A stretch of 64,000 nucleotides of DNA. It comes from Candidatus Marinacidobacterales bacterium. Its GTDB lineage: Bacteria; Acidobacteriota; Vicinamibacteria; Marinacidobacterales; SMYC01. The stretch spans positions 1-64,000 of the forward strand of contig CBDCYI010000009.1 of the NCBI GenBank assembly GCA_965224085.1, written 5' to 3'. Position 1 is the first letter of the stretch. Every line of letters begins with the position of its first letter. The notes beneath the pieces were generated by a model. The model did not search any database, was not told the DNA's origin, and saw only the letters and a program-made list of their open reading frames with translations. The position numbers were made by a program, and so were the translations under genes. Below are positions 60,201-64,000 of the stretch, one piece after another.

Positions 60201-62084
60201 ACGCGCGGACTCAGCCTGCAGCAAGGACCCGAGGGCGCCGTCTTCCTCAGCGATTGGTACGACAAATATGCGTGCCACGGAGAGCCGGCATATGACCGCC
60301 GCAACGGCCGGGTCTATCGGCTCAGTTATCGCGGGACGAAGCCTGTGCGCGTGGACATGGGGAAGCTGAGTGACATGGATCTGGTCAACCACCAGCTCAA
60401 TGGGAACGACTGGTACGTGCGACAGGCGCGCCGGATCCTTCAAGAGCGTTCCCACACTAATGAGCTAGGTTCGGGAGTCCACACCGCGCTACGCGAAATC
60501 CTCTACGACAACGCTGACGAGACCCGCAAGCTGCGCGCGCTTTGGGCGCTCCATGTCACGAAGGGCTTGACCGAGGCTATGGTCCTCGATCAGCTGCAAA
60601 GCCCCATGGAATTCGTCCGCGCCTGGACCGTCCAGCTCGAAGGCGAGGACAAGAAGGTGTCGGCGGCGGTGCTTCAGAGGTTTTCTGCCATGGCGCGCGA
60701 GGACGAGTCCGCCGTTGTCCGACTCTACCTGGCTTCGGCGGCCGGAAGACTGCCGCTCGAAGATCGATGGACCATCGTCGAGGGCCTCGCCGGCCGCGCC
60801 GAGGATGCATCAGACCAGGCCATTCCGATGATGCTGTGGTACGCCCTCGAACCGCTGGTCCCGGGAGAGCCAGGCAGAGCTCTGGATTTAGCTCGGCGTT
60901 CACGAATACCCATGATCCGGCAATTCATCGCCAGGCGCGCAGCTCGCGTGAGCATCCATCTCCTGGTGGAGACGTTACCCGACGTCGGTGATGCAGCCCT
61001 CAGACGTGATCTACTCGAGGGCATGAAGGAAGGGCTAGCCGGAATCCGCACGCTGGGCGCGCCGGTCGAGTTCGAAGCGTGGTCAGACGTCTATCCCATG
61101 CTGATGCGGGAAGGCGATGAACCCACGCGGGAACTGGCGTTGGAGCTGGCGCTGCGATTTGGAGACCGCGAAGCCGTAACTAGCATGAAGACGCTGGCCA
61201 GCAACCGTGAAGCCGATGCAAGCCTGAGGCGAGAAGCGATCCGCAAGCTCGTTCAAGCAGGGGTGCTGGAGCTCACCCCGTTGCTGCACGAGCTGGTCGG
61301 AGAGAGAGCGGTCCGCGCAGAAGCCATCCGGGGACTGGGTGTATACGCTGCGGCGCAAACCTCGGAGGTCCTATTGAGTGCCTATGCGTCCCTTACGCGA
61401 GAGGAGAAGCAGAGCGCCCTCGGCGTGCTCGCGACGAGGGCTGAGCACGCGCACGCCCTTCTGGAAGCACTGCGCGCAGGTCGAGTCCCGAAGGACGATC
61501 TCACCGCAGAGACCATCCAGCAACTTCGACTCCTCGAGGAGCCCCGGATCGAAGCGCTGATGGAGGCGGTTTTCGGAAGCACGCCCGGATCGAGCAAGGC
61601 GGCCGAAATCGCCCAGCACAAGCAGGTGATCGAGTCTGCGCCCAAGGGTGCGGACAGGTCCCGGGGGCGGCTGCTTTTCTCGAGGGTTTGTCAGCAGTGC
61701 CACACACTTTTTGGTCCCGGGGGCAACCAGGGCCCCGACCTCACAGGGACGAACAGGGGCGAGCTGGATTACCTGCTGCTCCACGTAGTCGATCCGAGTG
61801 CGACCGTGGGGGAACCCTACCGGACTGTGGTCGTGAAGACGACGGACCAACGGACGATTTCTGGTGTAGTGGTCGCCGAGGACGAAACGTCACTGCACAT
61901 CAGGACGGCGACCGAGACCCACTTACTTTCGCTCGAGGAAATAGCGGAGCGGAGGCAGTTGACGAGCTCGGCGATGCCCGAAGGGTTGCTCACGTTTCTC
62001 GAAGACGAGCAGCTACGCGACCTCGTGGCCTACCTTCAAAGCAAAGAACAGGTAGCTTTACCTGAGCCTGATGAGATCCCTTAG
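57240..62084 (+). CDS. Fusion: TM region + SGNH-like domain + PVC-type membrane-bound dehydrogenase propeller + HEAT repeats + c-type heme domain
   Basis: GDAYT..DPHW; LPEGF.V..FAGEPD...P.AM.ID.RGRLWV.E; DTHE..NSL.WGPDGWLYG; CQQCH...GPDLT...SAMPEGL. Confidence 0.85.
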   Translation: MGAAHPVKKSSKNRKKKAAVDGLPHDSNDTKFGKKKSDHEVQLLRGTFRSLRAHPGTLLVLPLVVLLLGTQWSWQGPALPARAFMYRGGLELGDAAFLELRLDKPIREFTLEAQIDNDLVLAISASSDGQSFQHLWTVPAGPEGQRGPRAWKSPVLKVDSAIGFIRLTQLEGDGRYRVSELLLRLPPRVLAHWLLIPIVWALWSGLLLAARSSRLSARASATLGWWRRADLWLAGLLIYVVLFQVPFVILPALIFVAWIVGIRHALSRARPVLATLLVLVGLSTLYVLPKVIHKIVQAKVAEAQYAAADHRLAPDPEKQVNEDGIRFAGTADDLKEEDFVILFLGDAYTYGLAMRYDQAYPYVFERMVNNDAGSRVVRAVNFGWSSSSPLLSLRLLQDIGKKYKPDLVVYNLDMNDFHDDLVYDQKLSEIDMADVAEGVERFYGNYLPWLRLGSDHVERMQRLLGFERDAQVSIPEDRFFVTNQPLEASRSNMERGSMKNLLAMHNYSADVLKAPMVLVVYPRHYQYSIRESPDNWEKDAYRVQGPYVKEPFRYLEEVRDELPYRVIDLLPVFESSDHFPLYLQNDPHWSAAGHRIAAQAVARGLAAYGLLPLNERLQGAIEGVTDAPAAGDLVSLHREEHLAAGDARSPEETARGMQLPEGFDVTVFAGEPDVVQPIAMAIDGRGRLWVVENYSYPNWSETGSDRILIFEDRDGDGTFDERQVFWDRGGFVSAIQIGFGGVFVGSAPYLLFIPDANRDDIPDGPPRILLDGFGYQDTHEMMNSLVWGPDGWLYGLQGVFVQSLVGSPGTPAHERVRMNAGVWRYHPTRREFELFAEGGGNLWGVDFNDRGQCLVTANVVPHLYHMSLGGRYERQAGAHFNAHTYKDIYAIADHLHSKAAYAGAMIYLADHFPERYRNKLFLNNIHSNRIHTDELVRRGSTYIGKLGPHGREDGNSSGGEDVPTGVRPEFWRGEYGNGGFMVSEDLWTRGLSLQQGPEGAVFLSDWYDKYACHGEPAYDRRNGRVYRLSYRGTKPVRVDMGKLSDMDLVNHQLNGNDWYVRQARRILQERSHTNELGSGVHTALREILYDNADETRKLRALWALHVTKGLTEAMVLDQLQSPMEFVRAWTVQLEGEDKKVSAAVLQRFSAMAREDESAVVRLYLASAAGRLPLEDRWTIVEGLAGRAEDASDQAIPMMLWYALEPLVPGEPGRALDLARRSRIPMIRQFIARRAARVSIHLLVETLPDVGDAALRRDLLEGMKEGLAGIRTLGAPVEFEAWSDVYPMLMREGDEPTRELALELALRFGDREAVTSMKTLASNREADASLRREAIRKLVQAGVLELTPLLHELVGERAVRAEAIRGLGVYAAAQTSEVLLSAYASLTREEKQSALGVLATRAEHAHALLEALRAGRVPKDDLTAETIQQLRLLEEPRIEALMEAVFGSTPGSSKAAEIAQHKQVIESAPKGADRSRGRLLFSRVCQQCHTLFGPGGNQGPDLTGTNRGELDYLLLHVVDPSATVGEPYRTVVVKTTDQRTISGVVVAEDETSLHIRTATETHLLSLEEIAERRQLTSSAMPEGLLTFLEDEQLRDLVAYLQSKEQVALPEPDEIP

Positions 62085-62126
62085 CTTAGCTCAACCGGTA
62101 TCCCAGCCCGTGCTGTACGAGCGGGT

Positions 62127-62519
62127 GTGACCACCTCCTCATTGAGCATGCGCGTGGTGTTTCGAATCATCAGCGCTGCTATGACAGGGGTGTTCGCCGT
62201 CGCTGTCGCGGTGCAGTACAACGATCCCGATCCCTTCCGATGGATGATGATCTACGGCGCGGCCGGTGTACTGTCGGCGTGGGTCGTCCTACGCGGAGGC
62301 GCGCCGCTCCCGCTGGCGGTCATCGTGGGCCTGGTCGCGCTCATCGCGGGTCTCGCCGTCGCCGGCGTGAGCGATTGGACGGCCTTCAGAGAGATGTTCC
62401 AGGCGTGGGAGATGAAGTCGTCGACGATCGAGCAAGCGCGCGAGGCAAGTGGCCTGCTGATTGTCGCCGGCTGGATGGCCGTGCTCACGATTGAGGCGTG
62501 GCGGGTGCGGCGACGATAG
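62127..62519 (+). CDS. TMEM220-family membrane protein
   Basis: VQYNDPDP..W..IY, E.AREA.GL. Confidence 0.85.
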   Translation: MTTSSLSMRVVFRIISAAMTGVFAVAVAVQYNDPDPFRWMMIYGAAGVLSAWVVLRGGAPLPLAVIVGLVALIAGLAVAGVSDWTAFREMFQAWEMKSSTIEQAREASGLLIVAGWMAVLTIEAWRVRRR

Positions 62520-62539
62520 TGGAGACTTCAAACTCCATA

Positions 62540-64000
62540 TTGGAAGGCTTGGGAAAGCTCACGCTGAGCCTGTTGTGCCTGAGCGCCCTCGGCGCTCCCG
62601 TCACGGCGTCCGTTCAACAACAGGAGCGAACGGGAGACGATCGCAAGGGGGATTCCAGCCAAGAAGAGCGCGAAGCCGAGCTGCCGACGCTCGACGTCAC
62701 GATAACGGTGACGGCGCGTTCGCCCTCCTCCACGCCCCACTCGGTAACCGTCATCGATCGCGAAACGATCGATGACTCTGGCGCACGGACCGTAGGTGAG
62801 CTGCTCCCCTATGCGCCCGCCCTGTTCGTTCTCCCGAGCGGCTCTCGCGGTGGCTTGACGACCGCACAGATAAGGGGGGGAGACCCGAATTTTACTCTCG
62901 TGCTCCTGGACGGGGTGCCGCTCAACGACAGCACCGACCCGCTCGGTGGAGCCGTCAACCTCGAGAGCCTGCCCCTAAGCGGCATCGAGCGAATCGAGAT
63001 TGCCCGTGGTCCGATGTCCTTCTACCATGGCTCCGCAGCACTGGCCGGCGTGATCAATCTCGTGACACAACGGAGTGAGCGCGACGAAACCGAGGCTCGC
63101 GCTGAGATTGAAGCGGGAACCGCGTCTGCCTTCCGGACCGGGGGCTCGTACTCAGACGGCTTCACCGGCGGCGACTATTTTACCGCGGTGCAATGGGAAG
63201 AAGAGGCGGGCCGGGTGGCCGAGGATCGGTTCCGGCAACTGCACGTTCTGGGGAACCTAGGTCTGAAGCTGGGCGAACACGCCCGGCTGCGCCTGGGCAC
63301 CCGAGTGGCGAGCTGGGAGAGCGACGATTACCCGGAAGCCTCCGGCGGGCCGCTCTTCGGCTCCGGCGAGGTGCGGCGATCGGAGCACAACGAGCTGAGT
63401 CTCCGCGGCGAGCTGAAGCTCGGCGAGCCCGGGCGCCGGCGACACAAGCTGACCGCCAACCTAAACCAACACCACCTCGACCGTGCCAGCCCCAGCATCG
63501 GATTTCTCGTGCCTCGCTCGATGGAAAAGACCCGGTACACGCGTACCCGTGCGGAATGGGCAACGGAACTGCTCACTACCCGCCGCCTGCACCTTAACGC
63601 CGGCATCGACCTGGATCACGAGAATGCACGTAACGAGAGCGTGCTTGAGCTGCCTCTCTTTTTGGGCGGCGACGTTTCCGGCGACTACGCCTCGAGCCGC
63701 ACCACGCCCGGTGCGTTCGCCGAGCTCATCGTGGAGCCCGGCAATCTGGTCGTGGATGCAGGCGTGCGATTCGATTTTCCCGAGACCGCCGGTAGTCAGG
63801 GGAGCCCCCGCTTGGGAATGTCTTACGGCTTCAACGACGACGCTACCGTGCTCCGTGGCTCGGCGGCCCGAGCCTTCAAGCTGCCGAGCTTCTTTGCCCT
63901 CGCCAGTCCCGATGCCCTGGGAGGAAATCCGGCCTTGAAGCCGGAGACCTCCTGGGGCCTAGATCTTGGTATCGAGCAAGAGCTCGCTCACAGTCTCCGA
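62540..64000 (+). CDS. TonB-dependent receptor (BtuB-like), runs off the window
   Basis: Manual translation from TTG 62540: signal peptide, SVTVID, IRGGDPNFTLVLLDGVPLND, IERIEIARGP.S..HGS.A.AGVIN. Confidence 0.85.
   Translation, partial: MEGLGKLTLSLLCLSALGAPVTASVQQQERTGDDRKGDSSQEEREAELPTLDVTITVTARSPSSTPHSVTVIDRETIDDSGARTVGELLPYAPALFVLPSGSRGGLTTAQIRGGDPNFTLVLLDGVPLNDSTDPLGGAVNLESLPLSGIERIEIARGPMSFYHGSAALAGVINLVTQRSERDETEARAEIEAGTASAFRTGGSYSDGFTGGDYFTAVQWEEEAGRVAEDRFRQLHVLGNLGLKLGEHARLRLGTRVASWESDDYPEASGGPLFGSGEVRRSEHNELSLRGELKLGEPGRRRHKLTANLNQHHLDRASPSIGFLVPRSMEKTRYTRTRAEWATELLTTRRLHLNAGIDLDHENARNESVLELPLFLGGDVSGDYASSRTTPGAFAELIVEPGNLVVDAGVRFDFPETAGSQGSPRLGMSYGFNDDATVLRGSAARAFKLPSFFALASPDALGGNPALKPETSWGLDLGIEQELAHSLR

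Overview
GC-rich bacterial DNA in two distinct halves. Positions ~1-32.3 kb are a dense nest of mobile-element debris: three lineages of rve/integrase-core (IS481/IS3-like) transposases, IS256, IS200 (Y1 TnpA, 2 copies), IS6, IS110 (one full, one damaged, one miniature), two large serine recombinases and IS3/IS5/IS1/IS982-like scraps. About 28 copies of a related 'CCCGT...CAAAA' terminal sequence occur here, several paired as MITEs, interleaved with intact genes (DUF169, bacilliredoxin, YIP1, YggT, DUF2339, ImmA/IrrE, SWIM) and truncated fragments. Positions ~32.4-64 kb are mostly intact coding DNA: amidohydrolases, SGNH hydrolases, a GntR/TRAP/TonB-receptor catabolic locus, a 1614-aa SGNH + heme-c dehydrogenase-like fusion, and a tandem IS dimer. 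Strongest observations: (i) the IS110 appears to insert at an AGTT core inside IS6-type terminal repeats (TGTCAAGTTG), and its 5' non-coding region carries a matching TTGTCAAGTT, as expected of a bridge-RNA target guide; (ii) a modular CCCGT-end family with an IHF-like site and no visible target duplications; (iii) a transposase-less passenger-gene cassette with 24-bp IRs and an 8-bp TSD; (iv) an orphan attC site. All family calls come from motif recognition by eye with no database search. Several single-base frameshifts in homopolymers could be sequencing errors.
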